From NCBI GenBank assembly GCA_964576365.1, contig CAZNUT010000001.1, positions 1 to 56,001 of the forward strand: a stretch of DNA of 56,001 bases, given 5' to 3'. The notes beneath the pieces are model-generated. The model was given only the letters and a program-made list of their open reading frames with translations, was not told the DNA's origin and did no database searches. Shown piece after piece: positions 26,912 through 35,742 of the stretch (the first letter of the stretch is position 1; every line of letters starts with the position of its first letter). The translations under genes were made by a program, and so were the position numbers. Source of the DNA: an uncultured Gammaproteobacteria bacterium. GTDB lineage: Bacteria > Patescibacteriota > Microgenomatia > UBA1406 > GWC2-37-13.

Positions 26912-27940
26912 ATGAAACGACTAGGCATCATAGGTTGGGGTTATTGGGGGAGAAACTACGCTCGATATTTTAATAAATCACTGGATGCCAGACTGGAATG
27001 GGTCTGCGACACCAGTGCAGAAATGCGGCACGATGCGCAAAGCCTGCATCCGCATGTGCATACCCTGCAAACAGTTGATGAACTTATAGATCAAAAACCG
27101 GACGGAGTAATCATTGCCGTACCTGCACGTATGCATTTCGAAATTGCTTCAAAGTTGGCTCATCATCATATTCCTGTTCTCATCGAAAAACCATTGACTC
27201 ATGATTTAGCTTCAGCCTTTAAATTACAACATATTATGCACGCCAATAAAACAGTTGCGCTTATTGGTCACACCTTTCTTTACAATCAAAGCGTTCGCTG
27301 GATCAAAAAACATCTGGAAAAAAAATACTTTGGATCTTTATATTCGATTGAATTTAAAAGACAAAGTTATGGTCCCATACGAGATGATGTAAATGTCGTT
27401 TGGGATTTTGCGTCTCATGACATCTCTATCATTTCGTGGCTTTTGGAAAAACAAGAACCACTTACCGTATCTGCCACTGCCAAAAGCTATTCGCGGAATT
27501 GTCAGGATGATATAGCATTCATCACGCTTGAGTATCCAAACAATATCCTTGTTTCAATTTCAGTAGCGTGGCTTTATCCTCTTAAAGTGAGAAATATGAC
27601 CATGTTAGGAAGTAAAAAAATGGCGGTATTTGACGATACGAATGCTATTGAACCGCTACGGATATACGAAGCCTCTGTCACCTATCCGTCTGCTCAGGAT
27701 CCGTATGGCGCGTCTTTTCTTTTGGGCGACGTTCATATCCCACGACTTCCTTCCATTGATCCGTTGCAGGAAGAGCTGAGGCATTTTGTTGCTTGCATTA
27801 AACATGAAGAAAAACCACTTACGTCTATAGATAGCGGGGTCACCAATGTGATGATATTAACTGCGATTACCAAAGCTATACAAATGGGAGACAAGTTGGA
27901 ATACCAGAAATGGAAAAAACAGTATAAAAATGTGGCGTAA
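26912..27940 (+). CDS. Gfo/Idh/MocA-family NAD(P)-dependent oxidoreductase
   Basis: MKRLGIIGWGYWGRNYARYF Rossmann N-terminus and the EKP motif (LIEKPLT). Confidence 0.85.
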   Translation: MKRLGIIGWGYWGRNYARYFNKSLDARLEWVCDTSAEMRHDAQSLHPHVHTLQTVDELIDQKPDGVIIAVPARMHFEIASKLAHHHIPVLIEKPLTHDLASAFKLQHIMHANKTVALIGHTFLYNQSVRWIKKHLEKKYFGSLYSIEFKRQSYGPIRDDVNVVWDFASHDISIISWLLEKQEPLTVSATAKSYSRNCQDDIAFITLEYPNNILVSISVAWLYPLKVRNMTMLGSKKMAVFDDTNAIEPLRIYEASVTYPSAQDPYGASFLLGDVHIPRLPSIDPLQEELRHFVACIKHEEKPLTSIDSGVTNVMILTAITKAIQMGDKLEYQKWKKQYKNVA

Positions 27941-27949
27941 AAAATACGA

Positions 27950-28408
27950 TCAAGTTGTTTTTTTCCACGTGTAAGGAATCCGCTTGTCAAAAGGAGCTAT
28001 ACGCATAATTTCTTCAGGATCATGCGGTATATCAGCACAATTTGCAACAATTGAAACTTCTTTAGCTATTCCCTGAAATCCGTTCCAAATACCAGGAGGG
28101 ACGACAATGAGAGAATAATTATTGTCAGGACCCGTATCTATTTCCATGACCACCCCGCGCGTATGAGAATCTTTTCTATCATCATATAGGACCAGTTTTA
28201 TCAAACCAGAAACTACCGCATAGCGCAAAGTCATTTTTTTATGAATATGCCAGCCTTTTATGATACCGCTATGTACGAGTGAAAAATATATCTCACCAAA
28301 TTCAGTAAACAAGGAATCTGTTTTTTTCAGCATATGAAATACTGCTCCTCTCTCATCTCGGATCTGCTTGAGTGGTTGGACCACTACTCCTTCAATCTGG
28401 ATCGACAT
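27950..28408 (-). CDS. WxcM/RmlC-like cupin (nucleotide-sugar epimerase/isomerase)
   Basis: IRDERGAVFHML...IKGWHIHKKMTLRYAVVSGLIKLVLYDDR. Last gene of the rfbF-G-H strand block. Confidence 0.7.
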   Translation of the reverse strand: MSIQIEGVVVQPLKQIRDERGAVFHMLKKTDSLFTEFGEIYFSLVHSGIIKGWHIHKKMTLRYAVVSGLIKLVLYDDRKDSHTRGVVMEIDTGPDNNYSLIVVPPGIWNGFQGIAKEVSIVANCADIPHDPEEIMRIAPFDKRIPYTWKKTT

Positions 28409-28537
28409 AGGTATGCGGACTAATTTCTCATGTCAAATATGTAATATCCAGTTATAAATTTCTTCTGTAACAATTGCCAACATCTTGTACTAATAACCAA
28501 TGATGAATTATAAATAAATTCTCAATTCTTAAAAAAG

Positions 28538-29806
28538 TTAACTTTTACTTTTAAGATTCATAAATGTTTCAACTATCTTGAGTATATACTTCAATCGTAC
28601 CGCATCGATACCTGGATAAACTCCTATCCATGCCCCAGCATTCATCACATAATCCGCATCATCCAAATCGTCAACAATTTTTTTAGGTATATCCATATAC
28701 GCCGGATGCTTTATCAGATTGCCAGCAAAAAGAGGACGGGTTGCAATGCAATGCTCTTCCAAAAACTTTGTAAATTCATCTCTTGTAAATGGGGCGTTTT
28801 TTTTAACAGCAAACGGAAAGCCAAACCAGGATGGCTCTGCTTTTGGATGAACCTCTGCAAGATCAAACCATTGTCTCTGCTTTTTAAAACAATCATACAG
28901 TTGTCTATAATTTTCTTTGCGCTTTTTGATAAAAAAGGGTAATTTATCAAGCTGGGCGACACCTATAGCAGCCTGCATATCAGTCATTTTCAGGTTATAA
29001 CCAATCTGTGAATATATATATTTATGATCATATCCTGTCGGAAGATCCCCAAGCTGCCACTCAAAACGTTTGCCACATGTATTATCTTTACCGGGCTCGC
29101 ACCAGCAATCACGCCCCCAATCACGAAATTGCTCTATCGCGCGACTGATAAGAGGAGAATCTGTGGTAACAGCACCGCCTTCACCAGTCGTGATATGATG
29201 TGCTGGGTAAAAACTATAGGTAGAAATATGACTATTCACGCCTACAGGTTTGTCTGCAAAACGACTACCAAGAGCATCGCAACAATCCTCTATAAACCAC
29301 AAATGATGTTCGTCAGCCAGCTTTTTCAAAACTGAAATATCAAAAGGGTTTCCGAGTGTGTGAGCTATCATAATAAGTTTTGTTTGAGGCGTGATAGCTT
29401 TTTGGATAGCTGAAATATCAGCGTTTAATGTCTTTTTATCTACATCTACAAAAACTGGTGTCAAACCATACAAAATACCTGGATTTACGGTGGTGGGAAA
29501 ACCTGTAGCCGTCGTGATAAATTCATCCCCGGGCTTAAGCTGTCTCTCTCCAAAAACCCTTGAGGTAAGCGCAGCTACCGCAAGCAAATTGGCAGATGAA
29601 CCTGAATTGGCCAGATGCACATATCTACGTGATACAACTGAACGCAACTTGGTTTCAAACTGGCGTGCAAATTTTCCCTCGGTCCACCATCCATCACGAA
29701 CCGCTTCTTGTCCCAAATCAATTTCATCCTGATCATATACTTTGCCCGATACAGGTATCATAGTTTTACCAGGCACAAACGTGGGTGGGGAATACGAAGC
29801 CTTCAT
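28538..29806 (-). CDS. rfbH: CDP-4-keto-6-deoxy-D-glucose-3-dehydrase (E1, RfbH/AscC-like)
   Basis: GSSANLL...GFPTTVNP...SFYPAHHITTGEGGAV (His replaces the PLP Lys). Fe-S Cys region FRDWGRDCWCEPGKDNTCGKRF. YDHKYIYSQIGYNLKMTDMQAA. Confidence 0.9.
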   Translation of the reverse strand: MKASYSPPTFVPGKTMIPVSGKVYDQDEIDLGQEAVRDGWWTEGKFARQFETKLRSVVSRRYVHLANSGSSANLLAVAALTSRVFGERQLKPGDEFITTATGFPTTVNPGILYGLTPVFVDVDKKTLNADISAIQKAITPQTKLIMIAHTLGNPFDISVLKKLADEHHLWFIEDCCDALGSRFADKPVGVNSHISTYSFYPAHHITTGEGGAVTTDSPLISRAIEQFRDWGRDCWCEPGKDNTCGKRFEWQLGDLPTGYDHKYIYSQIGYNLKMTDMQAAIGVAQLDKLPFFIKKRKENYRQLYDCFKKQRQWFDLAEVHPKAEPSWFGFPFAVKKNAPFTRDEFTKFLEEHCIATRPLFAGNLIKHPAYMDIPKKIVDDLDDADYVMNAGAWIGVYPGIDAVRLKYILKIVETFMNLKSKS

Positions 29807-29877
29807 ATAAAATAAAACAAAATGTAACTAGCAAGAACCCAAATAAATACTAATAAAACATCATGTGATTATCACTT

Positions 29878-30837
29878 TTACGAGTGTTTTCTATACCATG
29901 CATAAAGCTGGGGAAGAATAGCTTTTAAACGTGTACGTGGCTTCCAATTCAATTGTTTGGTTGCTTTTGAGTAATCCAGATGTTGATGCTGTATCTCATG
30001 TGAAGCTCTATTTTCAAAAAGGCAGGAAATGGTTGTTTTCAGAGCTTGCTGGGTAGTTTTGATAATATTCTGTACGCTGTAAGCATCTTCGGAACCAAAA
30101 TTGTATACTTCACCCTGTGTTTTATCAATATTTTTTGCTAAAAGAATATACCCTTCAACAACATCTTTAACATATACATAATCTCTTGTCGGAGTTCCGT
30201 CACTTCTCACAATAAATTGATTTTTGTTCACAATCGACTGCATTAAGCCAGGAATAAGTCGCGTCTCATCCCAGTCTCCTTCACCGTATATATTGCCGAA
30301 ACGGGCAATTGTTACAGGTAGACGATATGTATGGTAATATGATTGTGCGATGAGATCAGCGCAGGATTTTGAAACTTCATAAATATTCTTTCCCTGCAGT
30401 GGATCATTTTCATGATATATCCCATCTGACGAAACGCCATACGCCTTATCAGACGATGCAAAAATAAGAGAACGAACGTATGGACTCAACCGGCTGCATT
30501 CAAGAATATTGACAGTACCCATAATATTGGTCGAAAGCGTCTCTTTGGGATTCATGAACGCAACGTCTACAAATGCCTGAGCGGCTAGATGAAAGATCGT
30601 CTCAATACGATTTTTGATAATGAAGCTGTATAATTTTTCAAAATCACAAATGTCCAATGCGACACTGATAGCTTTATCATGCAGCTTTGAACTCATATAA
30701 TACGAGCGTGGCTCTACTGATTGTACTGTCGCATACACAACCGCTTTTTCTGCAATCAGTTGCTCGACCAGATGTGCTCCCACAAAACCACCCCCGCCTG
30801 TCACCAAAACCTTTTTGTGTTGAAACGAAGTTACCAT
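29878..30837 (-). CDS. extended-SDR NAD-dependent sugar 4,6-dehydratase (likely CDP-glucose 4,6-dehydratase by context)
   Basis: KKVLVTGGGGFVGAHL, YEVSK (YxxxK). Located between rfbF and rfbH. Start is either the ATG at 30837 (overlapping the rfbF stop) or 30867. Confidence 0.65.
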   Translation of the reverse strand: MVTSFQHKKVLVTGGGGFVGAHLVEQLIAEKAVVYATVQSVEPRSYYMSSKLHDKAISVALDICDFEKLYSFIIKNRIETIFHLAAQAFVDVAFMNPKETLSTNIMGTVNILECSRLSPYVRSLIFASSDKAYGVSSDGIYHENDPLQGKNIYEVSKSCADLIAQSYYHTYRLPVTIARFGNIYGEGDWDETRLIPGLMQSIVNKNQFIVRSDGTPTRDYVYVKDVVEGYILLAKNIDKTQGEVYNFGSEDAYSVQNIIKTTQQALKTTISCLFENRASHEIQHQHLDYSKATKQLNWKPRTRLKAILPQLYAWYRKHS

Positions 30838-31604
30838 ATATGCCAGGGAGCATTCCCTTTTTTCCAAATTGTATTCAAGTCTTCAAGTTCTTTGTAGGTA
30901 TCTACTGCAAACCAAAATCCCTCATGTGGATACATTGCTAGTTGTTTTTTTCGCATCAACCGTTTTACAGCTTCGTGCTCCATTTCGCCTGATCGAAAAT
31001 AAGTGAGCGCGTCACGGTCAAATATCATAAACCCTCCATTGACCCAGTCGACAAGCACTGGCTTTTCAATAAAAGAGATGACATGATTTTTTTTATCTGT
31101 CTTGATAAGACCAAATTTCGAACGTGGATGCACGCCGCAAATCGTACCCAAGACTTTATTTTTCTGATGAAATGATACAACATTTCGAATGTTGATATCA
31201 GCAACACCATCCCCATATGTAAGCATAAATTGCCTGTCATCTTCGGGTATTGCGTGTGAGCAACGAGCGACCCGCTCTCCTGGTAACGTATTTAAACCTG
31301 TATCCAATAGCGTGATAGTGATGCTTTGTTTGTCTTTTTGGTCTGAAGTAAATATCACCTGAGATTCTGTCGCTGTATGTCTTTTAAAATCTACAAATTG
31401 AAGTTCATTTACACAATAGTCTTTTATCCTGTCACCTTTATACCCAAGAGCGAGAATAAAATTGTGGTATCCGTAATACCTATATATCTGTATGATATGC
31501 CACAACATAGGCTCTCCACCTACTCTTACCAGTGGCTTGGGCTTAAACTCTGTTTCTTCTTTTAGACGAGTACCATAACCGCCGCAAAGAATGATAACTT
31601 GCAT
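30831..31604 (-). CDS. rfbF: glucose-1-phosphate cytidylyltransferase
   Basis: MQVIILCGGYGTRLKEETEFKPKPLVRVGGEPMLWHIIQIYRYYGYHNFILALGYKG. 257 aa, the canonical RfbF length and N-terminus. Confidence 0.9.
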   Translation of the reverse strand: MQVIILCGGYGTRLKEETEFKPKPLVRVGGEPMLWHIIQIYRYYGYHNFILALGYKGDRIKDYCVNELQFVDFKRHTATESQVIFTSDQKDKQSITITLLDTGLNTLPGERVARCSHAIPEDDRQFMLTYGDGVADINIRNVVSFHQKNKVLGTICGVHPRSKFGLIKTDKKNHVISFIEKPVLVDWVNGGFMIFDRDALTYFRSGEMEHEAVKRLMRKKQLAMYPHEGFWFAVDTYKELEDLNTIWKKGNAPWHIW

Positions 31605-31627
31605 ACGAGATAAGAGTATACCATCCT

Positions 31628-31636
31628 TGATACAAT
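31628..31636 (+). promoter_or_regulatory. extended -10-like TGaTACAAT, 5 nt upstream of the GT4 ATG (31642)
   Basis: TG-n-TACAAT within the 37-nt divergent spacer. The opposite strand carries TATACT 12 nt upstream of the rfbF ATG. Confidence 0.5.
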
Positions 31637-31641
31637 AGGGA

Positions 31642-32811
31642 ATGCGTATTCTTTGGTTAACATGGAAAGATACATCTCATCCAGAAGCCGGAGGGGCAGA
31701 AACTCTCAATGAAGTACTTGCCCGTGAAATGGTAGCCGACGGACATGAGGTAATTTTTCTTGTGGGAGGGTTTGCGGGCTGCGTCAAAACAGATGAACGC
31801 GATGGGTATCGTATCATCCGTACCGGCAACCGATACACAGTTTATCTTACTACTGCTTTTTATTATTTGAACAATCTTGCCAGCTGGCCGGATCTGATCA
31901 TCGAAGAAATAAATACGGTGCCTTTTATGACTCAATGGTATGCCAAACAAAAACGTATTCTTCTCATATATCAGCTCTGTAGAGAAATCTGGTTTTATCA
32001 ACTCTGGTTTCCACTAAACCTTATCGGATATATTCTGGAACCCATCTATCTGTGGCTGTTAAGAAAAAATACGGTTCTGACTGAATCTGAAAGTACCAGA
32101 AATGATCTTGCACGCTTTGGCTTTGATAAAAAAAATACTACTGTCTTTCCCGTCGCCATAAATCAAACAATACAAACACCAACGTCATTGCGAGGACTAA
32201 CCGACTTGGCAAGGACGAAGCAATCTGTTATTTCTCCTGAATTCTTACAATCCCGCAATCCAGAATCCTCGCCGCACAACCCGACTCTCCTTTCTTTCGG
32301 CTCCATCCGACCCATGAAACGCACACTTGACCAGATCAAAGCATTTGAAATCGCGCATGAATCAATACCGGATTTAAAGCTCATTGTGGCGGGATCTGCA
32401 AAATCATCGTATGGACAGAAAGTGCTTCGATATATGCAACAAAGTAAATTTGCCACTGATATTACCTATGCAGGGGTTGTGAATGAAGACAAAAAAATTG
32501 AGCTCATGCGCCAAGCTCATCTTATCATGGTCACATCGGTGAAAGAAGGCTGGGGCCTCATCGTGACTGAGGCCGGCCTGCAAGGTACACCGGCTGTAGT
32601 CTACGATGTTGATGGTTTACGGGACACAGTACAAAATGGAAAGACAGGAATGGTGACAAAATCAAACACACCTACATCTCTTGCACATACAATAATTGAC
32701 CTATTAAAATCAGACGCATATTCTGAAATGCGCAATGAGGCAAAACACTACAACACCCGCTTCACAGCAAAAAACAGCTATGCTATACTGTCGAAATTAT
32801 TAGTGAAATAA
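31642..32811 (+). CDS. GT4-type (GT-B fold) glycosyltransferase
   Basis: MRILWLTWKDTSHPEAGGAE...EGWGLIVTEAGLQGTPAVVYDVDGLRD. Confidence 0.85.
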   Translation: MRILWLTWKDTSHPEAGGAETLNEVLAREMVADGHEVIFLVGGFAGCVKTDERDGYRIIRTGNRYTVYLTTAFYYLNNLASWPDLIIEEINTVPFMTQWYAKQKRILLIYQLCREIWFYQLWFPLNLIGYILEPIYLWLLRKNTVLTESESTRNDLARFGFDKKNTTVFPVAINQTIQTPTSLRGLTDLARTKQSVISPEFLQSRNPESSPHNPTLLSFGSIRPMKRTLDQIKAFEIAHESIPDLKLIVAGSAKSSYGQKVLRYMQQSKFATDITYAGVVNEDKKIELMRQAHLIMVTSVKEGWGLIVTEAGLQGTPAVVYDVDGLRDTVQNGKTGMVTKSNTPTSLAHTIIDLLKSDAYSEMRNEAKHYNTRFTAKNSYAILSKLLVK

Positions 32812-32817
32812 AAAAAT

Positions 32818-33168
32818 ATGGCAACTTCAGAAATATCAACATATGGAGGAAAAACAGTTGAAGAATTAATTAGTGCTGGTTTTCAGCCAACAATAGCACA
32901 AGAAAGAGTCTGGGGTGGAGATAATATTAATCAGATAAATACTCAAGTATTTTTTACCCACCCCGATCGAGGCATTACTGAAAGCTTTGTAGATTTAACG
33001 GAAGGATTGTTGGTACTTCAACATACAGATACAGATGATGGACCCGTTACACATCAGTTGAACGGATTTGCTGTTGATCGTCAACAATCTTTAAACATCG
33101 TCAATATAGCTGAAAAACTAACAGGTGAGACTCCTTCCGTTGTGATCATTGATTTGGAATCTTACTAA
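32818..33168 (+). CDS. hypothetical acidic protein (116 aa)
   Basis: Intact ORF 6 nt after the GT4 stop. No recognisable motif. Confidence 0.4.
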   Translation: MATSEISTYGGKTVEELISAGFQPTIAQERVWGGDNINQINTQVFFTHPDRGITESFVDLTEGLLVLQHTDTDDGPVTHQLNGFAVDRQQSLNIVNIAEKLTGETPSVVIIDLESY

Positions 33169-33262
33169 CTAATGACAGTAACGATATTACACGATCAGAG
33201 GTGTATACTAAATGCTATTGAATCGAGTTCACAATCATTAGCAATATATCATTTATCCCAAC

Positions 33263-34417
33263 ATGAGATCATTTATACCGTTTGCCCAACCATTATTTGA
33301 TCATGAAGAAAAAGAAGAAGTAGCCGCTGCGCTAGACTCCGGCTGGGTCACCCTTGGCCCCAAAACAAAACAGTTTGAAGAAGACTTTGCCAAATATATC
33401 GATATAAATTATGCTGTTGCGGTAACCTCCTGCACCGCTGCACTCCATCTTGCACTTATAGTAGCCGGAATAGGGGAGGGAGATGAGGTTATCACAACAC
33501 CATTTACCTTCGCAGCTACTTCAAATACCATTATGCAAGTCGGGGCAAAACCTGTGTTTGTAGACATAGAACGGGACACGTATAACATTGATCCTGACAA
33601 AATCGAAGACGCTATAACGAGCAAAACAAAAGCGATTTTGCCCGTACATTATGCAGGGCACCCGGTAGATCTTGAAAAAATTTCTAAAATCGCCCTCAAA
33701 CATCATCTCGCGATCATCGAGGACGCTGCACATGCTGTCGGTACAGAGTATAAAGGAGTCAAAATCGGCAGTCATGGCCATCTCACCTGTTTCTCATTTC
33801 ATCCTATCAAAAATATGACGACTGGCGATGGAGGAATGGTAACCACAAAAAATATGCATTTTGCGGAAAGACTGTCGCAACTCAGGCTTCACGGAATGAG
33901 CAAAGATGCATGGAAAAGACACACAGCAAGTGGATCATGGAAATACGATATTCTTGAGCCTGGATTCAAATACAACATGACAGATATTTCTGCTGCACTT
34001 GGTATCGTGCAGCTTCGCAAATTGGATGACTTTATCCGCATTCGCACAGAATATGCTCATGAGTACTGCAGTCTTTTTGCTGACACACCCGAAATCAGAA
34101 TACCTCAAGAACGAAAAAATATACGCCACTCCTGGAATCTTTATACCATCGAAGTTGATACCTCTGGACTTGACTGTACCCGCGATGACATGATAGAAGA
34201 ATTAAAGGAAAAAGGGATTGGAGCTAATGTATATTTTACACCTCTTCATCATTTTACCGCATTCAAAAAAATTGGATACAAACCAGGAGATTTTCCTGTT
34301 GCTGATCTGGTAGGGGAACGAATCATTTCATTACCTTTGTATCCGAAAATGACGCAAGAAGAAGTGGTATATGTCGCACAGACTCTTAAGGAGATCATCA
34401 CATCGCATCGAAAATGA
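33263..34417 (+). CDS. DegT-family sugar aminotransferase (WecE/PglE-like 4-aminotransferase)
   Basis: IPFAQPLFDHEEKEEVAAALDSGWVTLGPKTKQFEEDFA...SFHPIKNMTTGDGGMV. Confidence 0.9.
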   Translation: MRSFIPFAQPLFDHEEKEEVAAALDSGWVTLGPKTKQFEEDFAKYIDINYAVAVTSCTAALHLALIVAGIGEGDEVITTPFTFAATSNTIMQVGAKPVFVDIERDTYNIDPDKIEDAITSKTKAILPVHYAGHPVDLEKISKIALKHHLAIIEDAAHAVGTEYKGVKIGSHGHLTCFSFHPIKNMTTGDGGMVTTKNMHFAERLSQLRLHGMSKDAWKRHTASGSWKYDILEPGFKYNMTDISAALGIVQLRKLDDFIRIRTEYAHEYCSLFADTPEIRIPQERKNIRHSWNLYTIEVDTSGLDCTRDDMIEELKEKGIGANVYFTPLHHFTAFKKIGYKPGDFPVADLVGERIISLPLYPKMTQEEVVYVAQTLKEIITSHRK

Positions 34418-35139
34418 ATACACCCACCTGGGAGCTCAACACATTTGACACAGATATCTTTGGTTTTCGTGTGGCAAAAATACTACATATTCCGCCTCCA
34501 TCGAAAAACCCGCACGCTATATCTCACCTCCTTGATGAATTGAAAAAATCAGATATCAGATATGCCACCTATCGCTTTCAAGCCTCAGATATTGCGCTTA
34601 TCCATGCGCTAGAATCGCATGATTTTCGGATGGTAGATGGATTTCTGGAAATGCAGATTCCGCTTGAGAACTATCACTTTGCCGATTCAACAGAGCAGAT
34701 ACGAGAAGCTGTAGAAGCAGATATACCAGAACTCACACGTCTTGTGCGACCGCTTTTTACACAAACCAGATTTTACAACGATCCGGTCACCCGCCAGTTT
34801 GCAGGAGAAGAATTTGTACAGTGGACTATAAATTCGGTGAGGCACAAAGCAGCAGACGCTATATACGTGTGGATTGAGGAAGGCGCAATCGCCGGATTTA
34901 TTTCGCTCAGATTTGACGGCCATATCCCGCTTGTCGGGGTTTCAAAAGCTCATCAGGGCAAAGGCATCAGTCGGAAGCTTGTGAAGTATGCACTTCATGT
35001 ATTGCAGAAGCGGGGAGTAGCAAGTGGCAAGATCGAGACGCAGATCATGAATATTCCAGCTCTTCGCTCATACCTTTCGTGTGGATTTAACGTCACCCAA
35101 TCCTTCGTCACCTTCAGGTGGCATCGACCGAACGTCTAA
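34414..35139 (+). CDS. GNAT N-acetyltransferase, WecD-like (4-amino-4,6-dideoxyhexose N-acetyltransferase type)
   Basis: FTQTRFYNDP...FVQWTINSV...GFISLR...ETQIMNIPALRSYLSCGFNV parallels the E. coli WecD layout as I recall it. ATGA overlap with the aminotransferase. Confidence 0.7.
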   Translation: MNTPTWELNTFDTDIFGFRVAKILHIPPPSKNPHAISHLLDELKKSDIRYATYRFQASDIALIHALESHDFRMVDGFLEMQIPLENYHFADSTEQIREAVEADIPELTRLVRPLFTQTRFYNDPVTRQFAGEEFVQWTINSVRHKAADAIYVWIEEGAIAGFISLRFDGHIPLVGVSKAHQGKGISRKLVKYALHVLQKRGVASGKIETQIMNIPALRSYLSCGFNVTQSFVTFRWHRPNV

Positions 35140-35735
35140 CTTCCGTATTGTATTTTTTAACAAATGTACTAGCACTTAGCATAACACAATTATTCAACAT
35201 TTTGATCCAGCCTGCCAACAGTTTAATTTTCAGTTTATTATGAGATATTAAAATATATTCCTCATCAATACTAAAATATACAGAACCTGTTTTATTACTT
35301 CGCATACTCTTATTACGAATAACTCTTCCTCCAATATGTTCTGCATCACTTCGTAATTCATGTGTTTTCTTTTTTATTTCTAAAATAGTAGAAATTGCCT
35401 CTTTGGGCAAAACCTCTAAATAGTCGTCGTACTCTTGAATAAGTCTTTCAAAAATATCAGTCAGTCTATATATCAGTAATTACGCTTTCTATATAATTTG
35501 TAAAAGTAATGAGCGCGGATAGATTCAATGAATTTGAATCAGAATAGTATTTCTTGACGCCTTGCCTTGCCCGATTATAATCTTCATTTATCTTAAGATT
35601 GAGACGAGTAATGGTGAGAAGTAAAGCATATTCGTGTTTTGTGGCCTTTCCTATAAAAAGCCAACTTGCCATTATGTCTATATATGCCTTTGATGGTTTA
35701 ATATGTAATGAAGGTAAAGATAATTGTGAACTCAT
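35114..35735 (-). pseudogene. split ~200-aa ORF (89-aa + 98-aa pieces in different frames), unknown function
   Basis: The 35466..35735 ORF ends ...ESVITDI-stop. The next frame is open from 35479 (LLIYRLTDIFERL...). The junction carries the direct repeat ACTGATAT-N8-ACTGATAT, and removing 16 nt fuses the two frames. Confidence 0.45.
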
Positions 35736-35742
35736 ACTAGTA

